A stretch of 64,000 nt of DNA from Chitinophagaceae bacterium (GTDB lineage: Bacteria > Bacteroidota > Bacteroidia > Chitinophagales > Chitinophagaceae), in the NCBI GenBank assembly GCA_037045195.1, contig JBAOIB010000002.1, forward strand, positions 232,023 through 296,022. Direction: 5' to 3'. The translations under genes and the position numbers were made by a program. Shown here one piece after another: positions 20,645 through 29,789 of the stretch (positions are counted from its first letter, which is position 1; each line of letters starts with the position of its first letter). The notes under the pieces are model-generated. The model was given only the letters and a program-made list of their open reading frames with translations, was not told the DNA's origin and searched no databases.

Positions 20645-20716
20645 GGAAGGTTGCAGCGTAATGTGTGTACATTATAAAACTGAAAGGGCCTTCCAAAAAT
20701 GGGAGGCTGTTTTTTT
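20645..20716 (+). promoter_or_regulatory. Terminator/antiterminator-like leader element upstream of asd (candidate attenuator or unrecognised riboswitch)
   Basis: GCCTTCC(20688-20694)-aaaaat-GGGAGGC(20701-20707) hairpin followed by TGTTTTTTT, 42 nt before the asd ATG. No upstream + strand gene exists for it to terminate. An upstream GGAAGG (20645-20650) can pair alternatively with CCTTCC. Confidence 0.4.
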
Positions 20717-20758
20717 ATGAATTAGTTAGATTAAAGAAAATTAAAAGGAGAAAGAAAA

Positions 20759-21751
20759 ATGAAAATTGCAGTAGTGGGTGCTACAGGTTTAGTAGGCTCT
20801 AAAATGTTGCAGGTATTGGCAGAAAGAAAATTTCCTGTTACCGAACTTATTCCGGTAGCCTCAGAAAAATCAGTGGGCAAAGAAGTTGACTTTAAAGGAA
20901 AGAAATATAAAGTGGTAAGTATGAAAGATGCCATTGCTGCAAAACCGGCTGTTGCTATTTTTTCTGCCGGAGGCAATACTTCTCTTGAATGGGCTCCACA
21001 GTTTGCCGCTGCCGGTATTACGGTTATTGACAATTCATCAGCCTGGCGTATGGATCCATCAAAGCCATTGATAGTACCCGAAATAAATGCTGATGTATTG
21101 ACTGCAAATGATAAAATAATTGCCAACCCCAATTGCAGTACCATACAAATGGTAGTAACATTAAATCCACTGCATAAAAAATATGGCATTAAAAGAGTGG
21201 TGGTTTCTACATATCAAAGTGTAACCGGAACAGGTGTAAAAGCAGTAACACAACTGATGAATGAAAGAAATGGAGTACAGGGTGAGATGGCCTATAAATA
21301 TCCGATTGATCTGAATGTAATTCCACAGATTGATGTATTTCTGGAAAATGGCTATACCAAAGAAGAAATGAAGATGGTAAAGGAAACCTGTAAAATAATG
21401 CGGGATGATAATATCAAAGTAACCGCTACCACGGTTCGTATTCCAGTATTGGGTGGCCACAGCGAAAGTGTAAATGTGGAATTTGAAAACGATTTCGATT
21501 TAAATGATATCAGGTCATTATTACAAAATTCACTGGGAATTGTTTTGGTTGATGATACAATTAATCAACAATATCCTATGCCAAAAGATGCACATGAAAA
21601 AGACGAAGTTTTTGTAGGACGTTTAAGAAGAGATGAAAGCCAGCCCAACACTTTGAATATGTGGATTGTGTCCGACAATTTACGCAAAGGAGCAGCTACC
21701 AATGCGGTGCAAATAGCAGAGTATCTGCTTTCAAAAGGCCTGTTGAAATAG
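20759..21751 (+). CDS. asd: Aspartate-semialdehyde dehydrogenase
   Basis: MKIAVVGATGLVG Rossmann N terminus, active-site IANPNCSTIQMV, 330 aa. Confidence 0.95.
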   Translation: MKIAVVGATGLVGSKMLQVLAERKFPVTELIPVASEKSVGKEVDFKGKKYKVVSMKDAIAAKPAVAIFSAGGNTSLEWAPQFAAAGITVIDNSSAWRMDPSKPLIVPEINADVLTANDKIIANPNCSTIQMVVTLNPLHKKYGIKRVVVSTYQSVTGTGVKAVTQLMNERNGVQGEMAYKYPIDLNVIPQIDVFLENGYTKEEMKMVKETCKIMRDDNIKVTATTVRIPVLGGHSESVNVEFENDFDLNDIRSLLQNSLGIVLVDDTINQQYPMPKDAHEKDEVFVGRLRRDESQPNTLNMWIVSDNLRKGAATNAVQIAEYLLSKGLLK

Positions 21752-21752
21752 C

Positions 21753-23534
21753 TTAGTTGTAAATACGTTCAATAGCATCGCGGTATTTTTCCATCACTAC
21801 TTTTCTTTTTAAGGAAAGCTTGGGTGTCATTTCGCCACTGTCAATACTCCATTCATCGGGGAGAAGTTTGAATTTTTTAACCTGCTCTACATGGTTGAAG
21901 AACTTGTTGAAAGTTTCTACGAGCTCTTGAAACAACTCTTTTACTTTGGGGTTTTGAATTATTGCAGCATTACCCTCGTCGGCTACACCGTTTTTACGAC
22001 ACCAGTCTTTTAGGTTGGGAAAAGAAGGAACAATAAGTGCACTCACAAATTTTCTGTCAGCGCCTATTACCATTACTTGCTCTACCAATGGCGATTCTTT
22101 TAGTTTATTTTCAATTGGCAGTGGTGCTACATATTTTCCGCCACTTGTTTTAAATAATTCTTTTTTGCGATCGGTAATTTTTAAAAAACCGTCTTCAGTA
22201 AGTAGGCCAATATCACCAGTATAAAACCAATCATCTATAATTACTTCTTTTGTCAAATCAAGTCGCTTGTAATAGCCTACCATAATATTCGGGCCTTTGC
22301 AAAGTATTTCACCATCCTCTGCAATTTTTACCTCCACATTTTTAATGAGTGGTCCCACAGTGCCAAAAGACCGGCCGCTTATTTGATATCTGTTTACAGA
22401 AATTACCGGTGAGGTTTCGGTAAGACCATATCCTTCCATTATGTGAATTCTGGCAGCAGTAAAAATGCGAATAAGCCGCACCTGACAGGCTGCACCACCG
22501 CTTACAATACATTTAATATTATTACCCAATCCATCACGCCACTTGCTGAAGATAATTTTATTTGCAAGACCCAATTGAAACCTATACCAGAAGCCTTGCT
22601 TTTTATTGATTTCAAATTTTTCAGCAAGACTATGTGCCCAAAAAAATAATTTCTTTTTCAAACCACTCAACTCACTTCCCTTTTGCATAATGCGGTCGTA
22701 CACTTTTTCCAAAAGACGTGGAACTGTCGTAAATAGATGTGGTTTTACTTCTTTCAAATTATCGCCAATTGTATCTAAGCTTTCAGCATAATATATAGAT
22801 GTGCGATTGAAAAGATATAAATAGGTTACCATCCGTTCAAAAATGTGATTGAGCGGCAGAAAGCTAAGGCTGCGCATATCATCTCCCGGTGGAAAGCAGG
22901 GTAAAGAATCTATAACGTTGGATAAAATATTACGATGGGATAGCATTACACCTTTGGGCTTGCCTGTGGTTCCTGATGTATAAATGATAGTAGCAAGATC
23001 TTCGTATTTTATTGCATCAGCAAGGGGTTTTATCTTGTTAACTAACACAGGTGTGCTTAGTGCTGTTACTTCTTTCCAATGACGGGCATGAGACACATGT
23101 TCAAATGAAAAAATTTCTTTTAAGCTAGGTACTCTTTCCTTCAGGCTGAAAACTTTTAAATAAAGGTCTTCATCATTTACAAAAACGTATTTTACCTGTG
23201 CATCATTTAATACATATTCCAGTTCATTTACATTAATCGTAGGATAAAGGGGAACAAGCAATGCACCTATTTGTTGTACTGCCAGATCCAGCATTACCCA
23301 TTCGGGTCTGTTTTTACAAAGAATAGCAATTTTATCTCTTCCCTCGGCTGTCATATCACCACAGCTTACACCCAAACTCAATAAACCGGCGCTTAGATTA
23401 TCTACAATATTTTTTACACTGGAAGTGCTATATTTCTTCCACTGGCCGCTTTCTTTTCCGGCAAGCATGTCTTCAAGTGGCTTGCGATCCAGATTATATT
23501 GAAGGCAGTCGAAAAGTCTTTTGGGTTCCATCAT
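21753..23534 (-). CDS. Long-chain-fatty-acid--CoA ligase (AMP-dependent synthetase)
   Basis: AMP-binding signature IIYTSGTTGKPKGVMLSHRNI. ~590 aa, typical of FadD-like enzymes. Confidence 0.85.
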   Translation of the reverse strand: MMEPKRLFDCLQYNLDRKPLEDMLAGKESGQWKKYSTSSVKNIVDNLSAGLLSLGVSCGDMTAEGRDKIAILCKNRPEWVMLDLAVQQIGALLVPLYPTINVNELEYVLNDAQVKYVFVNDEDLYLKVFSLKERVPSLKEIFSFEHVSHARHWKEVTALSTPVLVNKIKPLADAIKYEDLATIIYTSGTTGKPKGVMLSHRNILSNVIDSLPCFPPGDDMRSLSFLPLNHIFERMVTYLYLFNRTSIYYAESLDTIGDNLKEVKPHLFTTVPRLLEKVYDRIMQKGSELSGLKKKLFFWAHSLAEKFEINKKQGFWYRFQLGLANKIIFSKWRDGLGNNIKCIVSGGAACQVRLIRIFTAARIHIMEGYGLTETSPVISVNRYQISGRSFGTVGPLIKNVEVKIAEDGEILCKGPNIMVGYYKRLDLTKEVIIDDWFYTGDIGLLTEDGFLKITDRKKELFKTSGGKYVAPLPIENKLKESPLVEQVMVIGADRKFVSALIVPSFPNLKDWCRKNGVADEGNAAIIQNPKVKELFQELVETFNKFFNHVEQVKKFKLLPDEWSIDSGEMTPKLSLKRKVVMEKYRDAIERIYN

Positions 23535-23584
23535 GGTGCAGTCGTTGAGTAAAAAAGGTTAGCTGCGACAAGTTAATGAAAATA

Positions 23585-23616
23585 AAAATGCACCGGACTG
23601 ACCAGTGCATTTTTTT
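23585..23616 (-). terminator. Hairpin terminator after the TPR gene, flanked by A/T runs on both sides
   Basis: AAAAATGCAC-cggactgacca-GTGCATTTTTTT. Confidence 0.55.
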
Positions 23617-23631
23617 AAAATTCTTTGAAAA

Positions 23632-24648
23632 TTAATTTCCTTGATAGTGCTGGCCTGCCGGCATCTTGAATATCCGGCTTTTTTGAAAGGTTGTAAACTT
23701 TTTATAATCGTCGGCATTGGTTTTAGTCCAGCTTTCATAAGCAGCAAGATCTTCAACCGAGCCAAATAACCATTGGTTATAGGCATCAAAAAGCCCGTCC
23801 TTAATTAATTGCTGTTGAAAATCGAACAACTTATAAGGAAATTTTCCAGCATAAGTATTAAACCAATCCAAAATAAATTTTGTACGCACCATTGTGATTA
23901 CTTCGGTATTGATTCCGGTTGTTACCATCGCTGCTTCTTTTCCCATTGTTGTTAAAAAGGCTTTGGAAAATTCATTTTTATTTTTTTCTTCGCCTTTCAT
24001 TATATCAGCATCTGTAAAAAGTTTTTCTTTATAAGATTTGTATAATAACTCCTTCATAGCGGCACCTCTTTCACTCAGGCTTTCCATGTTGGCAAATATT
24101 TCGCCATAAATTAAACTCCACACCTTGTCTTTTGTATAATAATAAAACATAGCAGCATTGTAATAATTTCCTCCGTATGAGGGGTCAAGTTCAATTCCTT
24201 TTTCCCAGTAGTTGATGGCAGCAAAATCTTTCTTTTGCCATAGCAATTCTCCATATTCACTATAAAGTGGGCCACTATTTGGAAATTTTTTTAAAGCTTT
24301 TTTATACATCTTATCACATTCCTTCACCATTTCAATAGCACGATATACATTTCCGGCTATCTGAAAAACGGGTACATCTGCATCCTCTCGATCTACAATC
24401 TGCTTTACCACCTCGTATGCTTTTGTATAATCCTGCTTAAGGTAATAGGTCATTGCAAGATCTTTTTGCAATTCAAGACTGTTTTTATCAGTTTGCAAGG
24501 CACGATTGAGAACAATAATGGCATTATTAAAATCGCCCGATTGCATAAAACTGCGGGCTGTTTGCTGCAGGCTTTTAGTGTCATCAGGTTGTGCTGATGC
24601 AAAAACGGATAATAATAATGCTGTTGAAAGAATGATTAATTTATTCAT
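23632..24648 (-). CDS. Exported tetratricopeptide-repeat (TPR) protein
   Basis: The internal start at 24648 gives signal peptide MNKLIILSTALLLSVFASAQ. TPR-like helices follow (FNNAIIVLNRALQTDKNSLELQKDLAMTYYLKQDYTKA...). Confidence 0.7.
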   Translation of the reverse strand: MNKLIILSTALLLSVFASAQPDDTKSLQQTARSFMQSGDFNNAIIVLNRALQTDKNSLELQKDLAMTYYLKQDYTKAYEVVKQIVDREDADVPVFQIAGNVYRAIEMVKECDKMYKKALKKFPNSGPLYSEYGELLWQKKDFAAINYWEKGIELDPSYGGNYYNAAMFYYYTKDKVWSLIYGEIFANMESLSERGAAMKELLYKSYKEKLFTDADIMKGEEKNKNEFSKAFLTTMGKEAAMVTTGINTEVITMVRTKFILDWFNTYAGKFPYKLFDFQQQLIKDGLFDAYNQWLFGSVEDLAAYESWTKTNADDYKKFTTFQKSRIFKMPAGQHYQGN

Positions 24649-24718
24649 ATTACAAATTAAAAAACGGAGACGCTTATAATAAGGTTTCCGTTGTAAAAAT
24701 AACAAATATTTGTAGGGC

Positions 24719-25954
24719 TTAAAGTAAATGTGTCAAAAGCCCATCTCTTAGTTTGGGTTCAAACCAGGTACTTTTTGGCGGCATTACATTGCCACTGTCT
24801 GCAATATCAAATAATTGACTCAGCGAAACCGGAAATAAGCTAAATGCAGCTGCCATTTCTGCACTATCCACTCTTTTTTCCAGTTCTGCTAATCCGCGAA
24901 TACCTCCAACAAAATCAATTCTTTTATCAGTTCTCTGGTCTTTTATGTCTAATAATTTTTCAAGTACATTTTTGGAAAGAATACTGATGTCCAGCACACC
25001 TATGGGGTCGGTAGTGTAAGAACCTTCTCTGGCTACTAAAATATACCATTGATTGTCGAGGTATAATCCAAATTCGTGCGGCTGTGCTGGCTTTACAGGT
25101 TCGGGACTAAGTGTTATATAAAAATCTTCCTGAAGTAATCCTAGCAGGTTTTCTGGTTTAAGCCCATTCAGGTCTTTTACAACTCTGTTATAATCCCAAA
25201 TAGATAATTGACTCTCGGGAAAAATGGTGGTAAGAAAATATTTTGCAGCTTCACTTTGTGGCATAGCCTTACTCACCTTAGCCGCTGATGCTGCCCGATG
25301 ATGTCCATCGGCAATATAGGTGCAGGGAACATTTGTTTCAAACAACCGGGTAATGGAGTTTACCACTATTTCACGATCAATAATCCAAATTGTATGTTGA
25401 ATGCCATCGGTCGCCTTAAAATCATAAACAGATTTATTGGTTGACTTCCACCCATCAATAAGTGCATTTACTTCCATCACATCCCGGTAAGCTAAAAAAA
25501 CATTTCCCGTTTGTGCAGCTATTGTCTGCATGTGATCAATACGGTCTTTTTCTTTTTCGGGTCGGGTGTATTCGTGTTTTTTAATAATATCATTATTGTA
25601 ATCAGCTACAGAGGAAACACATACCAACCCTGTTTGACTATGCTGCTCTCCCTGAGGAGTGGGCATTACCAACTGATAAATATAATAACAGGGCTTTTCT
25701 TCCTTTATCAAAATACCTTTATTTATAAATTGATTCAGGTTTTCTTTTGCTTTTTCATAAACCACCGGATTGTGTATGTCTGTATCTTCCGGTAGGTCAA
25801 TCTCCGATTTGGTGATATGTAAAAATGAAACGGGATTGCCGGCAGCCTCATTTCTTGCTTCTTGACTGTTTAGTACATCATAAGGCCTGCTGGCTAATTG
25901 TGCTGCCACATCGGGCTGTGGTCTCAATGCTGAAAAAGGTTTAATAGTCGCCAT
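24719..25954 (-). CDS. DUF1015-family protein
   Basis: N terminus MATIKPFSALRPQPDVAAQLASRPYDVLNSQEAR and a ~410 aa length, as in DUF1015 proteins. Adjacent to serC, as is often seen. Confidence 0.7.
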   Translation of the reverse strand: MATIKPFSALRPQPDVAAQLASRPYDVLNSQEARNEAAGNPVSFLHITKSEIDLPEDTDIHNPVVYEKAKENLNQFINKGILIKEEKPCYYIYQLVMPTPQGEQHSQTGLVCVSSVADYNNDIIKKHEYTRPEKEKDRIDHMQTIAAQTGNVFLAYRDVMEVNALIDGWKSTNKSVYDFKATDGIQHTIWIIDREIVVNSITRLFETNVPCTYIADGHHRAASAAKVSKAMPQSEAAKYFLTTIFPESQLSIWDYNRVVKDLNGLKPENLLGLLQEDFYITLSPEPVKPAQPHEFGLYLDNQWYILVAREGSYTTDPIGVLDISILSKNVLEKLLDIKDQRTDKRIDFVGGIRGLAELEKRVDSAEMAAAFSLFPVSLSQLFDIADSGNVMPPKSTWFEPKLRDGLLTHLL

Positions 25955-25987
25955 CTGTTTTTTTATTGAAATTTAAATTGATTGTTG

Positions 25988-27058
25988 TTATCCTTTTTTA
26001 TTTGCAAAATCTTTCATCAAATCCGTCATTGCTTTTACGCTTTCAATTTTTAATGCATTGTACAAAGAAACCCTGAAGCCGCCTACACTTCTGTGTCCTT
26101 TCACCCCTATCATTCCTTCCCGAGTACAAAGGGTGAGAAATTCTTTCTCCAGCTCTTTATCTTCCATTACAAACACTGCATTCATTTTACTTCTGTCTCT
26201 TTTTGCAACAGGGCCTTTAAACAGGGGCAAGGCATCCAAAGTATCGTAAAACAGAGTTGCTTTTTCATTATTTCTTTTTTCCATCACGGCCACGCCACCT
26301 TCAGCTTTCAGCCAGCGAAGTGTAAGCATGGCTACATAGATAGCAAACACAGGTGGTGTGTTGAGCATACTCGCTTCTTTGATGTGATTGCGATAATTGA
26401 GAATAGTAGGAATGTTGCGTTTTGTATTACCTAAAATATTTTTATTTACAACGACCAGGTTTACTCCGGCTGCGCCCATATTTTTTTGTGTACCTGCGTA
26501 GATGATATCAAAACGGTTGAAGTCCAGTTGTCTGCTGAGAATATCACTACTCATATCGGCAACCAGCGGCACACCGCAATCGTAAGGAAGCTGATGCCAT
26601 TGTGTACCGGCAATGGTTTCGTTGGTGGTAATGTGCAGATATTTGGCAGTAGGTGTTACTGATAATGTTTCAGGAATATTTGTATAATTATTTTCTTTTG
26701 ATGAGCCTGCAATTTCCACATGCCCGAAAAGTTTGGCTTCTTTAATTGCTTTGCCTGCCCATGTTCCTGTTTCGGTGTAGGCGGCTATTTCATTTTCGTA
26801 GAGCAGGTTCATAGGCACCTGCATAAACTGAGTGGTAGCGCCTCCATGCAAAAACAAAACTTCGTGGTTATTATCCAATTGCATCAATTCCTTTACCAGC
26901 GATCGGGCTTCTTCCATCACTGGTTCAAATAATGGGGTACGATGACCAATTTCTAAAATAGATAAACCCGTTTGGTTGAAATTGATAACGGCCTTACTGG
27001 CTTGTTCAAAAACCTCCTGAGGCAGAATGGACGGGCCAGCATTGAAATTATGCAGCAT
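25988..27058 (-). CDS. serC: 3-phosphoserine aminotransferase
   Basis: FNAGPSILPQEV N terminus, PLP-lysine region YAGTQKNMGAAG, 356 aa. Confidence 0.9.
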   Translation of the reverse strand: MLHNFNAGPSILPQEVFEQASKAVINFNQTGLSILEIGHRTPLFEPVMEEARSLVKELMQLDNNHEVLFLHGGATTQFMQVPMNLLYENEIAAYTETGTWAGKAIKEAKLFGHVEIAGSSKENNYTNIPETLSVTPTAKYLHITTNETIAGTQWHQLPYDCGVPLVADMSSDILSRQLDFNRFDIIYAGTQKNMGAAGVNLVVVNKNILGNTKRNIPTILNYRNHIKEASMLNTPPVFAIYVAMLTLRWLKAEGGVAVMEKRNNEKATLFYDTLDALPLFKGPVAKRDRSKMNAVFVMEDKELEKEFLTLCTREGMIGVKGHRSVGGFRVSLYNALKIESVKAMTDLMKDFANKKG

Positions 27059-27117
27059 AACTCTTACTGTAAAAAAATAATAAACGGCAAATGTACAAAA
27101 TAAAAAACGCTGCCCGA

Positions 27118-28086
27118 TTAGGGTGTTTCATGTTCTCTTACTTTTAGCTTACCTGCTTTCCAGGCATTGTTCAGGTTTTCAAATTCTTTTAGCTCTTCGG
27201 CCGAAAATTCCTGATTGCTTAGATTAGTAAGTGAAGGCTGTCCGGCATTCATCCAGGCGGTGTACCAAAACGACGCCACTGCAAAAATGGATTGTCGCAT
27301 TCTTCTTTCTACCATGCCTCTTAGCATTTCATCAAATTTTTTTGAATAGGCACTTGAGTATTGACGAATGGTGATTCCGTTTCGGTCTTCAAATGCATAT
27401 TTTTGATCGGAGGGAAATTGCAGGCTTAACTCTTTTTCCATTTTTAATACACTATCAGCGGCTGCGGCACTTTCCAGCACCCGGCTCCAGATAAATGCTC
27501 CGGGGTTTTTTATGAACTCGGCCTTGCCAATAAAAAAATCCCACTTGGTATCGGCAAGCAATTCCGGAATACGACTTTCCCAAAAACCATGTATTCCTTT
27601 TTGATCGGTAAACTGTCCGTTGTGATTGCTGCTGGCATGCAGGGGTACATGGGCATCGGCTATGTAATGACCCAACTCAGCAGCGTATCTTAATATTTTA
27701 GTTTGATTTTTTTCTTTAAAGGCATCGGTTAGTTTGTACAACATGGTTTGCACCCACCAGGGCACAATGCCATATTGTTTTAAACTGTCTTCCGAATATT
27801 TTGCAACCGCATCATTCCATTTTCTGGGCAATGAATCGTAGGGGTAAACGCCATAATGATCAATATCAATATAATGCCGGGGGCCTTCGTCAGGTACGGC
27901 ATAGCGACGTTTATCGGGGTCAATGGCATGTTCGGTAATAAAATCAATTTGTGGTTTAAACAAAACCATCATTTCGGGTGGCAGCAGAAAAACTGAATAT
28001 TGATTTATTTTTTTATGGGCAAAGAAACCCCAGCCAAAAGCCTGAGCAGAAAACAGGCTAAGTAAAATTACAATAAGATATTTCAT
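27118..28086 (-). CDS. Exported S1/P1-nuclease / zinc-dependent phospholipase C superfamily protein
   Basis: Signal peptide, then GWGFFAHKKI, HYIDIDHYG and GHYIADAHVPLHAS histidine/aspartate metal-ligand motifs. Confidence 0.65.
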   Translation of the reverse strand: MKYLIVILLSLFSAQAFGWGFFAHKKINQYSVFLLPPEMMVLFKPQIDFITEHAIDPDKRRYAVPDEGPRHYIDIDHYGVYPYDSLPRKWNDAVAKYSEDSLKQYGIVPWWVQTMLYKLTDAFKEKNQTKILRYAAELGHYIADAHVPLHASSNHNGQFTDQKGIHGFWESRIPELLADTKWDFFIGKAEFIKNPGAFIWSRVLESAAAADSVLKMEKELSLQFPSDQKYAFEDRNGITIRQYSSAYSKKFDEMLRGMVERRMRQSIFAVASFWYTAWMNAGQPSLTNLSNQEFSAEELKEFENLNNAWKAGKLKVREHETP

Positions 28087-28130
28087 GTTTGTGTAAACTA
28101 AAGTACAAAAGAAAATTTGGAAAATTGGTT

Positions 28131-28140
28131 GGGGGGGGGG
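28131..28140. repeat. G10 homopolymer tract in a divergent promoter region
   Basis: Ten consecutive G between the nuclease-like gene start (28086, - strand) and the lipoprotein gene start (28207, + strand). Confidence 0.95.
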
Positions 28141-28206
28141 TAAATTTGTTTTGGTATTAAGATTACAAGGAAAATCTATTTTTTTAAATATTTAAAACAA
28201 TTATCA

Positions 28207-28657
28207 ATGAAAATAAGTATTTCAACTTTAGCATTTATGTACTTATTACTGGGTGCATGCTCTAAGGCAAAATTAGATGTAAATGAAACTTCGAAAATTG
28301 CAAATGACACATTTACAAAGTCTTCAGATAAAAGGTGAAACTCCAAGTTTGCCAGATGATGGTGAAGCGAAAAAATATGCAGAAATAATATGTTATGTAA
28401 ACAATGACCCATGCCAAATAGGTACTGAATGTTCAGTAATAGGAAGAAATTGCAAAAAATATTCTTGTAAAATAACATCCGCCGGAAGAATAATCGCCCC
28501 ACTTAGTAACAACCAAATTGATTACTTTGCGGAAAAGGATGCACAGAATTTATTAGATAAAGGGCTTATTGATGCTGCTGAATTTGAGAATTTTAAAAAC
28601 TTTTCTAAAAAAATAATAGCGAATAAAAGTGCAGAGATGGCTTCTAAAAAATATTAG
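28207..28657 (+). pseudogene. Small Cys-rich lipoprotein whose frame is broken by a 1-nt insertion in an A4 run (pseudogene or sequencing error)
   Basis: ATG at 28207 gives MKISISTLAFMYLLLGACSKAKLDVNETSKIANDTFTKSSDKR* (lipobox LLGAC), stopping at 28336. The listed 28283..28657 ORF continues in the next frame (..IKGETPSLPDDGEAKKYAEIICYVNNDPCQIGTECSVIGRNCKKYSCK...). Deleting one A of 28330-28333 fuses the two. Confidence 0.55.
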
Positions 28658-29789
28658 TTTTATACTGTTGCAAAGTCCAATATTTTGTTTATTACTAATT
28701 AATTTATCATGTGGTAATTCCAGAAAAAATATTGTGTGTACTGTGTCTGAAGATTCATTTAGGGTCAACCCACTTTTATTAAATGGAAAAAGTTTAATAA
28801 AAAATATTGCGGATGAAAACTATCTTCAGAGTTATGATGAAAAAGAAAATAGTATTTCTTTCTGGAAGTTTGGGGCAGCAGCTCCGCTTTTTACGATAAA
28901 GCCTCATTTAAACTTCGATGATGATCGTATAGGAAAATTAATACAGTTTGACATTTATAAAAGAGATAGCATTTTTATTGTGACAGAAAATTATATTTTT
29001 CTGCTTGATAAAAATGGTGAAATTTCCTTTAAAAAAGATATTTCTAATAGTGTTTTAGATGATACAGGACATCAAGTGGTTTTTTTGGATAATTCAAACC
29101 AATATCCGCTTTATTTTGATAGTACAAAAAATGATTTGTATATAAGATGTTCATGTAATTGCTATTTTATGGAACCTGAATTTTTTCAAACTCGTGTAGA
29201 AGCCAGATTCAATTTAAAAGATGAAAAGTTTTCATTTCTTAAATATGGGTTCCCTGAAAAATATCGGCATCATTTTTATGGTCAACTTGTTTTCCCGTTT
29301 CGGGAAATTAATAAACAGTTGAATGTTATTTCTTTTCAATGCGATGACAGTATTTATGTTTACGACAGAGAAACAAATACGATTAAATCTTATAACGGTA
29401 AAAGCACTTATCAAAAAGAACCTTTTTTAACATTTGATACTTCATATAAAGAGGATATTGAACGGTTGAAAGAACATCTTATACAGACTCCGGTTTATCA
29501 AAAAATCTTATTTGATAAGTATAAGAATCTTTATTATCGTTTCTTTTGGAATTCGCAATCGCTTATAAGTAGTAGTGGGCAATATCATGGAATTTTTGAC
29601 AGAGACTTAATTCTAATGGTTTTTGATAAAAATTTTAAGCTGATTGCAGAAAAAAATATTGGGAATTCTTATTTATGGTATTATTCTTTTGTATCACCCA
29701 AGGGATTGTATATACGAAAGGCTATTTTTGATAAGAAGACCCGACAAAATCAAGAATATGATCATTTCTCGGTATTCTCCTATAATTAA
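28629..29789 (+). CDS. Lipoprotein resembling the Bacteroidota ~380-aa predicted six-bladed beta-propeller families (DUF4221 / BF3164-like)
   Basis: GTG start. Signal/lipobox MQRWLLKNISFILLQSPIFCLLLINLSCGNS. Repeated beta-strand blocks (IFIVTENYIFLLDKNGE, SIYVYDRETNTIKSY, LILMVFDKNFKLIAE, GLYIRKAIF). The family assignment is from memory only. Confidence 0.45.
   Translation: MQRWLLKNISFILLQSPIFCLLLINLSCGNSRKNIVCTVSEDSFRVNPLLLNGKSLIKNIADENYLQSYDEKENSISFWKFGAAAPLFTIKPHLNFDDDRIGKLIQFDIYKRDSIFIVTENYIFLLDKNGEISFKKDISNSVLDDTGHQVVFLDNSNQYPLYFDSTKNDLYIRCSCNCYFMEPEFFQTRVEARFNLKDEKFSFLKYGFPEKYRHHFYGQLVFPFREINKQLNVISFQCDDSIYVYDRETNTIKSYNGKSTYQKEPFLTFDTSYKEDIERLKEHLIQTPVYQKILFDKYKNLYYRFFWNSQSLISSSGQYHGIFDRDLILMVFDKNFKLIAEKNIGNSYLWYYSFVSPKGLYIRKAIFDKKTRQNQEYDHFSVFSYN

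Noticed and set aside
20731-21189. 152-aa ORF antisense to asd
   Set aside because: It overlaps the strongly supported asd CDS completely and has no recognisable domains. It is a shadow ORF.
28176-28502. 108-aa - strand ORF in the AT-rich island
   Set aside because: It is antisense to the lipoprotein gene, and the F/L/I/N-rich product is typical of random ORFs in AT-rich DNA. The + strand reading has signal-peptide and operon logic.
29644-29757. Long N-terminal extension of the third island gene (listed ORF start at 29644)
   Set aside because: The extension overlaps the preceding gene by ~145 nt and lacks signal features. The internal ATG at 29758 yields a canonical lipoprotein signal peptide.
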